Shown in pieces: positions 25,909-34,142 of a stretch of 35,247 nucleotides of DNA. Position numbers and translations under genes: made by a program. The notes under the pieces were generated by a model, which was not told the origin of the DNA, searched no databases, and worked only from the letters and a program-made list of their open reading frames with translations. Each line of letters opens with the position of its first letter. Position 1 is the stretch's first letter. The stretch lies in contig DRLE01000007.1 in NCBI GenBank assembly GCA_011051475.1, positions 1 through 35,247 on the forward strand, written 5' to 3'. This DNA is from Gammaproteobacteria bacterium (GTDB lineage: Bacteria; Pseudomonadota; Gammaproteobacteria; SZUA-229).

Positions 25909-27117
25909 TCACCCCTCAAGCGCCTGTTTAATCATCCTGTATTTCAGCGCCGGCAGGTGATCAACAAGGCTCAGGCCGGCATTGCGGATTTCGGCCAGCA
26001 GGGCATTGTCATTGCCGAACAGCTCCTTGAAACCTGTCATCGACAGCTCCATCAGCTGGTTGGCGCCCTTGCGCTGGCGCTGGTATTTTTTCAGGCTGTG
26101 CACCGCCGACCAGTCCCGGCCTTTTGCCCGAGCCTGCTTGATGACCTCGGCCAGGGCGGCGGCATCGGCAATACCGAGGTTGGCACCCTGGCCAGCCAGC
26201 GGATGGATATTGTGGGCGGCATCACCGATCAGGGCCAGCCGGGGTTTGACATAGTCGCGCGCGTGGCCGTGGGTTAAGGGAAACAGAAAGCGCTGACTGA
26301 CTGTCTCGATTTCACCCAGGCGATATTCAAAGGCTTCTGCCAGATCGACCATAAAAGCCTCCTCGGACAGGGCCATTTTTTCTTCGGCCAGGGCATTATC
26401 CAGCGACCAGACTATGGAGCTTTCGCCGTTGAACATGGGCAGAAAGGCCAGCGGGCCGCTCGGCAGAAAGCATTGCCAGGCCGTGTTTTCATGGCTTTCA
26501 CGGGTTGTCACATTGCACACCAGCGCCTGCTGCTGATAGCTTTTTCGGCTGCGCTCAATCATCGCCGCCTCGCGCACGCGCGAATTCACGCCATCGGCGC
26601 CGACCAGCAACTGTGCGCTGATGGCATCACCCGAAGCCAGGCTGACCGAGGGCAGATCACTGTCATCGACCGGGTAATTAATCTGCGTAATTTCCTCAGG
26701 ACACAACAGGCTGATATTGTCCGCCTTCGCCACGGCGTCGAACAGCATCTGCACCAGGACATTGTTTTCGATAATCACACCCAGAGCCGGCAGGCCCAGT
26801 TCTGCACTGTCAAAATGGATCTGCCCGGCGCCCTGATGGTCCCAGACCGTCATTTTTTCAAAGGCGCCGGCACGCTCGGCCAGTGGATGCTGCCAGACAC
26901 CGCATTGCCGGTACTGGGTAATGGCAAAGCGGTTGATGGCGGAGACCCGGCACTCCGGCGTATCGCTCACCGGCCTCGGCGGCTGACGCTCAACCACGGC
27001 CACAGAAAAGTCACTGCCTGCCAGCTCGGAAGCCAGGGTCAGGCCGACAATACCGCCACCGACTATCAGCACATCGAAGGTCTGTGTACTGCCCTGTTGA
27101 CGGGGCCGTTCACTCAT
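25909..27117 (-). CDS. ubiI: FAD-dependent ubiquinone-biosynthesis hydroxylase (UbiH/UbiF/VisC/COQ6 family), UbiI by position
   Basis: GGGIVG dinucleotide-binding motif, IGDAAH..HPLAGQG.N motif, and position after ubiH as in the E. coli pepP-ubiH-visC operon. The paralogue assignment rests on synteny only. Confidence 0.8.
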   Translation of the reverse strand: MSERPRQQGSTQTFDVLIVGGGIVGLTLASELAGSDFSVAVVERQPPRPVSDTPECRVSAINRFAITQYRQCGVWQHPLAERAGAFEKMTVWDHQGAGQIHFDSAELGLPALGVIIENNVLVQMLFDAVAKADNISLLCPEEITQINYPVDDSDLPSVSLASGDAISAQLLVGADGVNSRVREAAMIERSRKSYQQQALVCNVTTRESHENTAWQCFLPSGPLAFLPMFNGESSIVWSLDNALAEEKMALSEEAFMVDLAEAFEYRLGEIETVSQRFLFPLTHGHARDYVKPRLALIGDAAHNIHPLAGQGANLGIADAAALAEVIKQARAKGRDWSAVHSLKKYQRQRKGANQLMELSMTGFKELFGNDNALLAEIRNAGLSLVDHLPALKYRMIKQALEG

Positions 27118-28346
27118 AGCGGCAGCCCCCTGCCCAGCCGCGGCAGACGCCCGGCCAGACCCATGCTCTGCCGGCCCAGCTGATGCTTCAGCTCCGGCAC
27201 CATGTCGACCAGCTGCAGGGCGCAGGAACGCAGGTGGGCAAGCGGCTCGATGGCATTGGAAAAGGTCTTTACCAGCACATCGGTAAAACGGTAGACGCGC
27301 TGGATATCCTGTTCACGCGTATTCACATACTGCTGCAGCAGGATATCAGCGCCAATATCCTGACCGGAACGACCGGCTTCGACGACCAGCTCGGCCAGCA
27401 GGGCCACATCGCGCAGCGCCAGATTAAAGCCCTGACCGGCCACCGGATGCACGCTGTGCGCGGCATTGCCGATAATGGCAACGCGCCGGTGACTCATCTG
27501 CGTGGCCGCCTGCATAAACAGCGGGTAAACCGCACGCTTGCCGGTTTTCTGAATCATGCCCAGACGGTAGCCGAAGCGCTGCTGCAACAGCGCACGAAAG
27601 TCCTCGTCTTCCAGCGCGTAAAGATACTCGGCCTGCTCGGGCTCCAGCGTCCAGACCACCGAACAGCGGTTGTCTTTCATCGGCAGAAAGGCCAGCGGGC
27701 CGCTGTCGGTAAAGCGCTCATAGGCGACATTATGGTGTTTTTTGGCGGGGGTGACATTGCAGATCAGGGCGCTCTGGCCATAGTCCTGGCGGCTGCTGCC
27801 AATGGCCAGCATCTGCAGCACCTGCGAGCGATTGCCGTCGGCGGCAACCAGCAAACGGCCGCTCAGTTTCTGCGTCTTGCCGTCAATGCTGATATCCACG
27901 CTGACCTGCTGCGCCGCCTGCTTCAGTTCAAGCAGCTGCGCCGGACAGAACAGCGAAATATCATCCTGTTCGCGCATAAGCTTATAAAGCTGCTGACCGA
28001 TGCAGAGGTTCTCCAGCACATAGCCCAGCGCCTCGACGCCTTCCTGTTCTTTCGTCAGGCGGGTAACGCCGAAATGACCACGGTCGGAAATATGAATCGT
28101 ATCGATCGGCTCGGCGCAATCCGACAGCCTGTCCCACACACCCATGCTGTCGAATATCACCCGGCTGCCGTATGACAACGCCACCGTGCGCTCGTCATAG
28201 CAGGGCTGCTCCTGCGTATTGATTTCATAGGCCTCAACCACAGCAATCTTCAGTCCCTGCCCGCGCAACGCACAGGCAAGACTGGCCCCGGCAAGACCAC
28301 CGCCAATAATAATTAAATCAAATAAACCTGTTTGTTCACCTGTCAT
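27114..28346 (-). CDS. ubiH: 2-octaprenyl-6-methoxyphenol hydroxylase
   Basis: IIGGGLAG and GNAAHSVHPVAGQGFNL motifs. Synteny pepP-ubiH-ubiI. Start set at ATG 28346 (MTGEQTG). The longer track ORF begins inside repeat B2. Confidence 0.82.
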   Translation of the reverse strand: MTGEQTGLFDLIIIGGGLAGASLACALRGQGLKIAVVEAYEINTQEQPCYDERTVALSYGSRVIFDSMGVWDRLSDCAEPIDTIHISDRGHFGVTRLTKEQEGVEALGYVLENLCIGQQLYKLMREQDDISLFCPAQLLELKQAAQQVSVDISIDGKTQKLSGRLLVAADGNRSQVLQMLAIGSSRQDYGQSALICNVTPAKKHHNVAYERFTDSGPLAFLPMKDNRCSVVWTLEPEQAEYLYALEDEDFRALLQQRFGYRLGMIQKTGKRAVYPLFMQAATQMSHRRVAIIGNAAHSVHPVAGQGFNLALRDVALLAELVVEAGRSGQDIGADILLQQYVNTREQDIQRVYRFTDVLVKTFSNAIEPLAHLRSCALQLVDMVPELKHQLGRQSMGLAGRLPRLGRGLPL

Positions 28347-28349
28347 AGT

Positions 28350-28464
28350 AAAAACTTTTTTAAACACAGAGGACACAGAGAAATATCTGTATTTTTCCTG
28401 CAGCCTTACACCACATAATAAAACTCTGTGACCTCTGTGTCCTCCGTGGTAAAAAGTATTTTAA
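28350..28464. repeat. Family B palindromic element, copy B2
   Basis: Left acacagaggacacagag (28364..28380). Right ctctgtgacctctgtgtcctccgtggt (28424..28450). Shares the AAAAACTT / AAAG.TTTTAA flanks with B1. It fills the whole pepP-ubiH spacer. Confidence 0.85.
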
Positions 28465-28468
28465 TGGA

Positions 28469-29770
28469 TCACGAAGCCATAACACCTTCAATTTCTTCCA
28501 CCGTGCGCGGCAGGCCTTTGGTCAGCAGCTCGTAGCCGTCTTTGGTCACGGCCAGATCATCCTCGATGCGCACGCCGATATCCCACCAGCGCTTGGCGCC
28601 GCGGCTGCCATGCGGAATATACAGACCCGGCTCCACGGTCAGCACCATGCCGGGCTCGAACAGCCGCCACCTGTCATCAACCTTGTAGTCACCGACATCA
28701 TGCACGTCCATGCCCAGCCAGTGGCCGGTGCGGTGCATATAGTATTTCATATAGGCGCCATCCTTGATCAGCTGCGCCGGTTTGCCCTTGAGCAGGCCAA
28801 GCTCGACCATGCCCTTTGTCAGCACCCGCACTGCCGCATCGTGAGGGTCGTTCCAGTGATTGCCCGGCTTGACCCTGGCGAAAGCGGCCTCCTGCGCGGC
28901 CAGCACCAGCTCGTAGATTTCCTTCTGCGCGGCGCGGAACTTGCCATCTACCGGAAAGGTACGGGTAATATCCGCGGCATAACCCTCGTATTCCGCACCG
29001 GCATCGATCAGCACCAGCTGTTTTTCATTGAGCACGGCATTGTTTTCGGTGTAATGCAGGATGCAGGCATTTTCGCCGCCACCAACGATCGAGGTATAGG
29101 CCCAGCCGGCGCCGTTGCGGCGAAACTCATAGAGAAATTCGGCTTCCAGCTCGTATTCATACATGCCGGGGCGGCAGGCTTTCATGGCATTGATATGCGC
29201 CTTTACCGATATTTTCGCCGCCTTGCGCATCAGACTGAGCTCTTCCCGGCTCTTGTACAGACGCATGTCGTGCAGCAGGTATTCCAGGGAGACGAACTCG
29301 TAGGGCACACGCGCACCGCGACGGGACTGGGCGCGCAGGTCATTGACACACTTCAGTACATGCGTGTCAAAGGTGGGATTGAGGCCGATGCTGTAGTACA
29401 CGCTTTCCCGGCCTTCCATCAGGCCCGGCAGAATTTCCTCAAGATCATCGATGGGATAGGCGTCATCGGCATCGAAATGCGCCATGGCGCCCTCGATGCC
29501 GTGGCGGCGCCCGTCCCAGGTTTCCCTGACCGGATCGCGGTCGCGGCAGAACAGAATAAACTCGCCCTGCTTGCGGTGCGGGATCAGCACAATAACCGAC
29601 TCCGGCTCGTTAAACCCGCTGAGGTACATAAAATCACTGTCCTGGCGAAAACCGTGCTCGACATCGCGGTTGCGAATCAGGGTGGGCGCCGAAGGCAGAA
29701 TGGCCACCGAGTTTTCATGCATCATGCGCATTAACTGTTTACGGCGGCGGGCGTAGACTTTCTTATTCAA
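28469..29770 (-). CDS. pepP: Xaa-Pro aminopeptidase (aminopeptidase P)
   Basis: M24B metal ligands in context (DAGAEY.GY.AD.TRT, HRTGHWLGMDVHD, TVEPG.Y, IRIEDD). AMP_N domain at the N-terminus. Confidence 0.93.
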   Translation of the reverse strand: MNKKVYARRRKQLMRMMHENSVAILPSAPTLIRNRDVEHGFRQDSDFMYLSGFNEPESVIVLIPHRKQGEFILFCRDRDPVRETWDGRRHGIEGAMAHFDADDAYPIDDLEEILPGLMEGRESVYYSIGLNPTFDTHVLKCVNDLRAQSRRGARVPYEFVSLEYLLHDMRLYKSREELSLMRKAAKISVKAHINAMKACRPGMYEYELEAEFLYEFRRNGAGWAYTSIVGGGENACILHYTENNAVLNEKQLVLIDAGAEYEGYAADITRTFPVDGKFRAAQKEIYELVLAAQEAAFARVKPGNHWNDPHDAAVRVLTKGMVELGLLKGKPAQLIKDGAYMKYYMHRTGHWLGMDVHDVGDYKVDDRWRLFEPGMVLTVEPGLYIPHGSRGAKRWWDIGVRIEDDLAVTKDGYELLTKGLPRTVEEIEGVMAS

Positions 29771-29793
29771 TTCGGTTCTCTTTAATAAACATG

Positions 29794-29968
29794 AAAAGCA
29801 TTAGTCCGCAAATAACGCAAAAGACGCAACTTTTTTATGTCACCCTGAGCGGAACGTAGTGGAGCCGAAGGGTCCGGTGCAAACGAACGGTCAGGTACAC
29901 CAGATCCTTCGACTTCGCTCAGAATGACAGCATGAAACAACTTTGCTTTATTTGCGAACTCAAGTTTT
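29794..29968. repeat. Family A element, copy A6 (degenerate right arm; contains C2)
   Basis: Left aaaagcattagtccgcaaataacgcaaaagacgcaa (29794..29829). Right ctttgctttatttgcgaac..aagtttt (29941..29968) is the decayed complement. Lies between the pepP start and the ygfB stop. Confidence 0.75.
29838..29929. repeat. Family C-like hairpin, copy C2 nested in A6
   Basis: tgtcaccctgagcg...gaagggtc pairs with gatccttc...cgctcagaatgaca. The right arm, reverse-complemented, is gtcattctgagcgaagtcgaaggatc, which is related to the C1 arm gtcattgcgagcgcagcgaagcaatc. Confidence 0.7.
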
Positions 29969-29990
29969 ATTCTTTTTCTACCGCAGCCGG

Positions 29991-30563
29991 TCAGTGCACC
30001 GTCTGCGATGACTGCAGCGGCTGTAATTCCTCGTAAATCAGCAGGATACCCATACGCACGTACTCACTGACCTCCATAAAGGCAATCTCCTCTTCCTCGG
30101 TCGCTTCCAGCTCGGCCTCGTCATCGGCAATATAACCCGCGCGGGAAATCTCTATAATATCCGTGATCAGCTCCTTGCTGTTTTCCGGCAGCTCGGTGTC
30201 TTCCTTGATACCGCCGACGGCCAGGCCAAAAACAAAGCCCTGGCACCAGGTACCCAGCCCCTCAACCCGGTCTTCCAGCGGGTCGTCTTCATCGGGCAGC
30301 ATCATCTCAAAATCAATATCGTTATTATTCATTTGAGCGACGGTAATATCATAAACCTGCATCAGCATCTTGCCGACCTGTTGCAGTGTACTGCTTGTAT
30401 CCTCATGCTCGCCAAGCACCTGCACCAGCCACTGTGAGGCTTCGGTCGAGCCCTGTGCACACAGCATACCGCACAGCGCACCATGCGCTTCACAGGCGCC
30501 GAGCGCCGAATCAAGCTCAAACAGCAGTTCGTCCAGCCGGGCTATATCAGGAAATGTATGCAT
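29991..30563 (-). CDS. ygfB: UPF0149 family protein YgfB
   Basis: Acidic ~190-aa protein with the YgfB-like pattern (..GALCG...., W..GF..G). Conserved position upstream of pepP and divergent from zapA. Confidence 0.8.
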   Translation of the reverse strand: MHTFPDIARLDELLFELDSALGACEAHGALCGMLCAQGSTEASQWLVQVLGEHEDTSSTLQQVGKMLMQVYDITVAQMNNNDIDFEMMLPDEDDPLEDRVEGLGTWCQGFVFGLAVGGIKEDTELPENSKELITDIIEISRAGYIADDEAELEATEEEEIAFMEVSEYVRMGILLIYEELQPLQSSQTVH

Positions 30564-30702
30564 AAAACTACGATTTAACAGGTTCCGGTAAAACCATCAG
30601 TTTAAAGCAAACAGCCGCTAAATTCCCATGCTACAACGCGTTTTTTCGGTAAATTTGCCATAGTATTTGACCACAGCGCATCCCTGTCCTACTATTAGCA
30701 GC

Positions 30703-30915
30703 ATGACTGACACAATAAAAAGAATCGATAAACTCGAAGACCAGGTAAAGGAACTGCTGACCCTGTGCCAGCGCCTTGGTGAGGAAAACAAGGATTTGCG
30801 CGCGCAGCTGCAGCAGTTAAGCTCGGAGCGTTCCGGCCTGCTGGAACAGAAAGAAAAAGTGCGTGCTCAGGTGGAATCCATGATTACCCGCCTGCGCTCC
30901 ATGGAAAAAGCCTAG
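30703..30915 (+). CDS. Small coiled-coil protein (TIGR02449-like) preceding zapA
   Basis: 70 aa, heptad-rich (IDKLEDQVKELLTLCQRLGEENKDLRAQLQQL...). In many Gammaproteobacteria a protein of this type sits just upstream of zapA. ATG 30703 is preferred over the TTG at 30667. Confidence 0.6.
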   Translation: MTDTIKRIDKLEDQVKELLTLCQRLGEENKDLRAQLQQLSSERSGLLEQKEKVRAQVESMITRLRSMEKA

Positions 30916-31014
30916 CAGAAAAGCTTTAGCAGAAGAAAAGCCCTGCCAGGAAGAATGCCGGGAGATCAAACCCGGACGCCCTAAGCTGATAACCCATACG
31001 AGTCTATAAAAACA

Positions 31015-31317
31015 GTGAGCAAAACCGAAGCCTTAACCATAAAGATTATGGACAAGGAATACCGTGTCGCCTGTCCCGAAGAAGAAAAGCAGAACCTGCT
31101 GGCATCGGCCGACCTTCTCAACGAAAAACTCAATGAAATCAAGCAGCAGGGGTCGGTTATCGGCACCGAGCGCATCGCCATTATGGCCGCGCTGAATATG
31201 AGCCATGAAATCCTTCACGGCCAGTCTATCGCCTCGGAACACGAGGAAGTCAACCAGCGCATTCAGGACCTGTCCGACCAGATCAGCAAGTCGATTCGTG
31301 ATATACAGCTGATCTAG
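31015..31317 (+). CDS. zapA: Cell division protein ZapA
   Basis: I.I.DKEYRVACPEEEKQNLLASADLLNEKL.EI......IGTERIAIMAALNMSHE matches ZapA. GTG start. Followed by ssrS and ygfA, as in E. coli. Confidence 0.9.
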   Translation: MSKTEALTIKIMDKEYRVACPEEEKQNLLASADLLNEKLNEIKQQGSVIGTERIAIMAALNMSHEILHGQSIASEHEEVNQRIQDLSDQISKSIRDIQLI

Positions 31318-31480
31318 GGAACCTCTGAAAAACTCGTGAAATCGCATATTATGTACAGGTCATGCGATAACGGCGTTAAAGTTCTTGCAAATAGCCAGCT
31401 ATTCGCTGCAAACTTTGCCTTGTTCTCACATGACCTGTACACAATCTGCTTCATTCAGAGTTATTCAGAGGTTCCCTAGA
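31313..31480. repeat. Family G: 168-bp MITE-like long palindrome with 17-bp perfect terminal inverted repeats
   Basis: tctagggaacctctgaa (31313..31329) pairs with ttcagaggttccctaga (31464..31480). An inner 13-bp inverted repeat tgtacaggtcatg (31352..31364) pairs with 31429..31441. The whole element folds as an imperfect ~84-bp-arm hairpin. The left terminus contains the zapA TAG stop. Confidence 0.8.
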
Positions 31481-31530
31481 GCCATCATAAGCGCCGTTGA
31501 TCTGAAACAAAAATCATTCATTTATTTTAG

Positions 31531-31558
31531 TTGATTTAATCCCTGCATTACTTACAAT
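31531..31558 (+). promoter_or_regulatory. Candidate sigma-70 promoter upstream of 6S RNA
   Basis: TTGATT (31531..31536), a 16-nt spacer, then TACAAT (31553..31558). This would give a ~75-nt leader that needs 5' processing, as known for E. coli ssrS precursors. Hexamer match only. Confidence 0.3.
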
Positions 31559-31640
31559 AAGTAACAGGATAAAGTGTTTTGCTGTAAGGCATCGCAGTAC
31601 AAAAAAGCGGGATTACAGCAATTCACTGACCATCAGTTTT

Positions 31641-31828
31641 GGCATCTCTAGGGTGTGCGTAAGCGTCCTGTAATATCCCTTGAGCCTTAAATACTGACTC
31701 TGGGAGTGGATCCGGTGTGACTGTGTGCGTTACCGCTTTGACGGGAGGCCTGACGTGGCATCATCTGCTCCCCCCTGAACTTACCGGTTCAAGGTCAACA
31801 GTATTTGCTACGGCACTCCGGAGATGTC
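31641..31828 (+). ncRNA. ssrS: 6S RNA
   Basis: Conserved zapA-ssrS-ygfA position. The 5' GGCAUCUC..GGGUG pairs with the 3' CACUCC-GGAGAUGUC to form the closing stem. Internal segments CCCUUGAGCC and CCUGAACUUACCGGUUCAAGG parallel E. coli CCCUGAGCC and CCUUGAACCAAGGGUUCAAGG. Ends are good to about 5 nt. Confidence 0.8.
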
Positions 31829-31900
31829 ATCTTATTCTTCCCCCCTCAGCCTTAACTTTCACCTGGACAGCGGATTTCTTTCTTCTGCTAAACTCGGGGC

Positions 31901-32494
31901 ATGAGCACACCCGAACCCGACCTGTCGAGCAAGTTGCGTCAATCCCTGCGCGCGCAGCGACGCGCCCTGTCCCTGCATGAACAGCGGCAGCACAGCGAAG
32001 CACTTTGCCAGAGGCTGGTCAGAACCCGGCATTATCGTAACAGCAGGCACATCGCCTGCTATCTCGCCAATGACGGTGAAATCGACCCGATGCCTCTGAT
32101 CGAGCACGCCTGGCTGATGAACAAAACCGTATACCTGCCGGTATTATCCCCCTTGCAGAACAAACTGTACTTTGCCCCTTATTACGAAAACAGCTCTATG
32201 AGACTGAACCGGTTTAATATTCCCGAACCGGACTGTGCACCATCACAGTGGAAAACCGCCCGTCAGCTGGACCTGTTGTTACTGCCGCTGGTAGCCTTCG
32301 ACGCGCAGGGAAACCGCATGGGCATGGGTGGTGGTTTTTATGACCGCTCACTGGCCTATTTGCGTCACCGGCAGTACTGGCACAAGCCTTATCTGCTGGG
32401 TCTGGCGCATGAGCTGCAGAAGGTGGAAAAGCTGGAGGTGCAAAGCTGGGATATTCCGCTGAACGGGATTGTGACTGAGCGGCAGTGTTATTAG
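31901..32494 (+). CDS. ygfA: 5-formyltetrahydrofolate cyclo-ligase
   Basis: LR..LRAQRRAL N-terminus and the GMGGGFYDR motif. Lies immediately downstream of 6S RNA. Confidence 0.9.
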   Translation: MSTPEPDLSSKLRQSLRAQRRALSLHEQRQHSEALCQRLVRTRHYRNSRHIACYLANDGEIDPMPLIEHAWLMNKTVYLPVLSPLQNKLYFAPYYENSSMRLNRFNIPEPDCAPSQWKTARQLDLLLLPLVAFDAQGNRMGMGGGFYDRSLAYLRHRQYWHKPYLLGLAHELQKVEKLEVQSWDIPLNGIVTERQCY

Positions 32495-32496
32495 GC

Positions 32497-32588
32497 GTCG
32501 TTCGTCATTTGTCATTCGTCGTTCGTGGCTCATCATGATACAGAAAAAGGTGGATTGTACGAACGACGAATGACAAATGACGAACAAC
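32497..32588. repeat. Family F heptamer-array hairpin (30-bp stem, 29/30 matched)
   Basis: The left arm parses as gtcgttc gtcattt gtcattc gtcgttc gt (32497..32526). It is the complement of 32559..32588 apart from one mismatch. 32-nt loop. Lies between convergent ygfA and ilvA, starting 3 nt after the ygfA TAG. Confidence 0.9.
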
Positions 32589-32618
32589 GAACTTATAGCC
32601 AGCAATACGGGCTGAATG

Positions 32619-34133
32619 TTACATGGAAAGAAACAGTGAATAAGCCGGATTATCGGTTTCTTCCCAGTAGGGATAGGCCAGCTTGTCGAGGTATTCACCC
32701 AGCTGTTTGCGCTCGGTTTTGGGAATCTGCAAACCGACCAGCACTCGACCAAAGGCAGCACCGTGGTTGCGGTAATGAAACAGACTGATATTCCAGCGCG
32801 TACCGATACGGGTAAGAAAATCCAGCAGCGCGCCGGGGCGCTCGGGAAACTCGAAACGAAACAGCACTTCGTCGGTTAATGAAGCACGGCCACCAACCAT
32901 GTGGCGGATATGCATCTTCGCCATTTCATTCTCGGTCAGATCCAGCACCGGGTATTTTTTGCTCTGCAAACGCTCGATCAGCTCCTGGCGCTCGTTCATG
33001 CCGTCACGCAGCTGTACGCCGGCGAACACCTGGGCCTCGGTATCATCGGCATAGCGGTAGTTGAACTCGGTTATGCCGCGCTTGCCGATGGTCTTGCAGA
33101 AGGCCTTGAAACTGCCCGGGCGCTCGGGAATGGTCACGGCGAACAGGGCTTCTCGGTGCTCACCGATTTCGGCGCGTTCGGAAACATGGCGCAGACGATC
33201 GAAATTCATATTGGCGCCGCTATTAATGGCCACCAGGGTCTGCCCGGTAATGGCTTCACGCTCAATATACTTCTTGATGCCGGCCACGGCCAGCGCACCG
33301 GCCGGCTCGGTAATGGAACGGGTATCATCGAATATATCCTTGATCGCCGCGCAGATTTCATCGGTCGTCACCGTCAGTATCTCATCGACGCACTGCTTTG
33401 CCACACGATAGGTTTCCTTACCCACCTGACGCACGGCAACCCCGTCGGCAAAAATGCCCACATGCGGCAGCTTGACCCGGCGCTTTCTGGCAAAAGCCGC
33501 CGCCATACAGGCTGCATCGGCCGGCTCCACACCGATTATCCGTGTTTTCGGACTCAGGTACTTGACGATAGAGCCGACTCCGGCAATCAGCCCGCCACCG
33601 CCGACCGGCACAAAAATGGCATCGATAAAATCCGCGTGCTGGCGAACAATCTCAAGACCGATGGTGCCCTGCCCGGCTATGACATCCGGATCATCATAGG
33701 GATGAATAAAATCCAGCCCCTGCTCCTCGGCATACTTCGTCGCATAGGCACAGGCTTCGTCATAGTTATCGCCAACCAGAATGGCCTTTGCACCATACGA
33801 CCTGACGGCGTCGACCTTGATGCCCGGCGTGGTTTTCGGCATAACAATGGTAGCGCTCAGACCAAGCTTTTTGGCCGAGAGTGCAACACCCTGGGCATGG
33901 TTACCCGCCGAGGCCGCGACCACGCCATTGACGTCCTTGCTGCGGGTCAGCTGGTAAATACGGTTATAGGCACCACGCAACTTGAACGAGAACACACTCT
34001 GCAAATCCTCACGCTTGAGCAGCACCTGGTTGTTCTGGCGCTTGCTCAGCGTTTTCGCCGGATCCAGCGGCGTTTCGTCCGCCACATCATAAACGCGGGC
34101 GGTAAGAATTCGTTCAATATATTTCTTGGTCAT
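32619..34133 (-). CDS. ilvA: Biosynthetic threonine dehydratase (threonine ammonia-lyase) with two C-terminal ACT-like regulatory domains
   Basis: PLP-lysine motif SFKLRGAY. GNHAQG. 504-aa length with duplicated regulatory domains. Confidence 0.95.
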   Translation of the reverse strand: MTKKYIERILTARVYDVADETPLDPAKTLSKRQNNQVLLKREDLQSVFSFKLRGAYNRIYQLTRSKDVNGVVAASAGNHAQGVALSAKKLGLSATIVMPKTTPGIKVDAVRSYGAKAILVGDNYDEACAYATKYAEEQGLDFIHPYDDPDVIAGQGTIGLEIVRQHADFIDAIFVPVGGGGLIAGVGSIVKYLSPKTRIIGVEPADAACMAAAFARKRRVKLPHVGIFADGVAVRQVGKETYRVAKQCVDEILTVTTDEICAAIKDIFDDTRSITEPAGALAVAGIKKYIEREAITGQTLVAINSGANMNFDRLRHVSERAEIGEHREALFAVTIPERPGSFKAFCKTIGKRGITEFNYRYADDTEAQVFAGVQLRDGMNERQELIERLQSKKYPVLDLTENEMAKMHIRHMVGGRASLTDEVLFRFEFPERPGALLDFLTRIGTRWNISLFHYRNHGAAFGRVLVGLQIPKTERKQLGEYLDKLAYPYWEETDNPAYSLFLSM

Positions 34134-34142
34134 CGAGAAAGC

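Noticed and set aside
25555-26277. 240-aa plus ORF and the 71-aa minus ORF at 25640-25855, both containing SLRAQRSNL
   Set aside because: Both read straight through the B1/C1 palindromes, which is why the same peptide appears on both strands. The plus ORF also overlaps gcvT and ubiI in antisense. These are translation artefacts of repeats.
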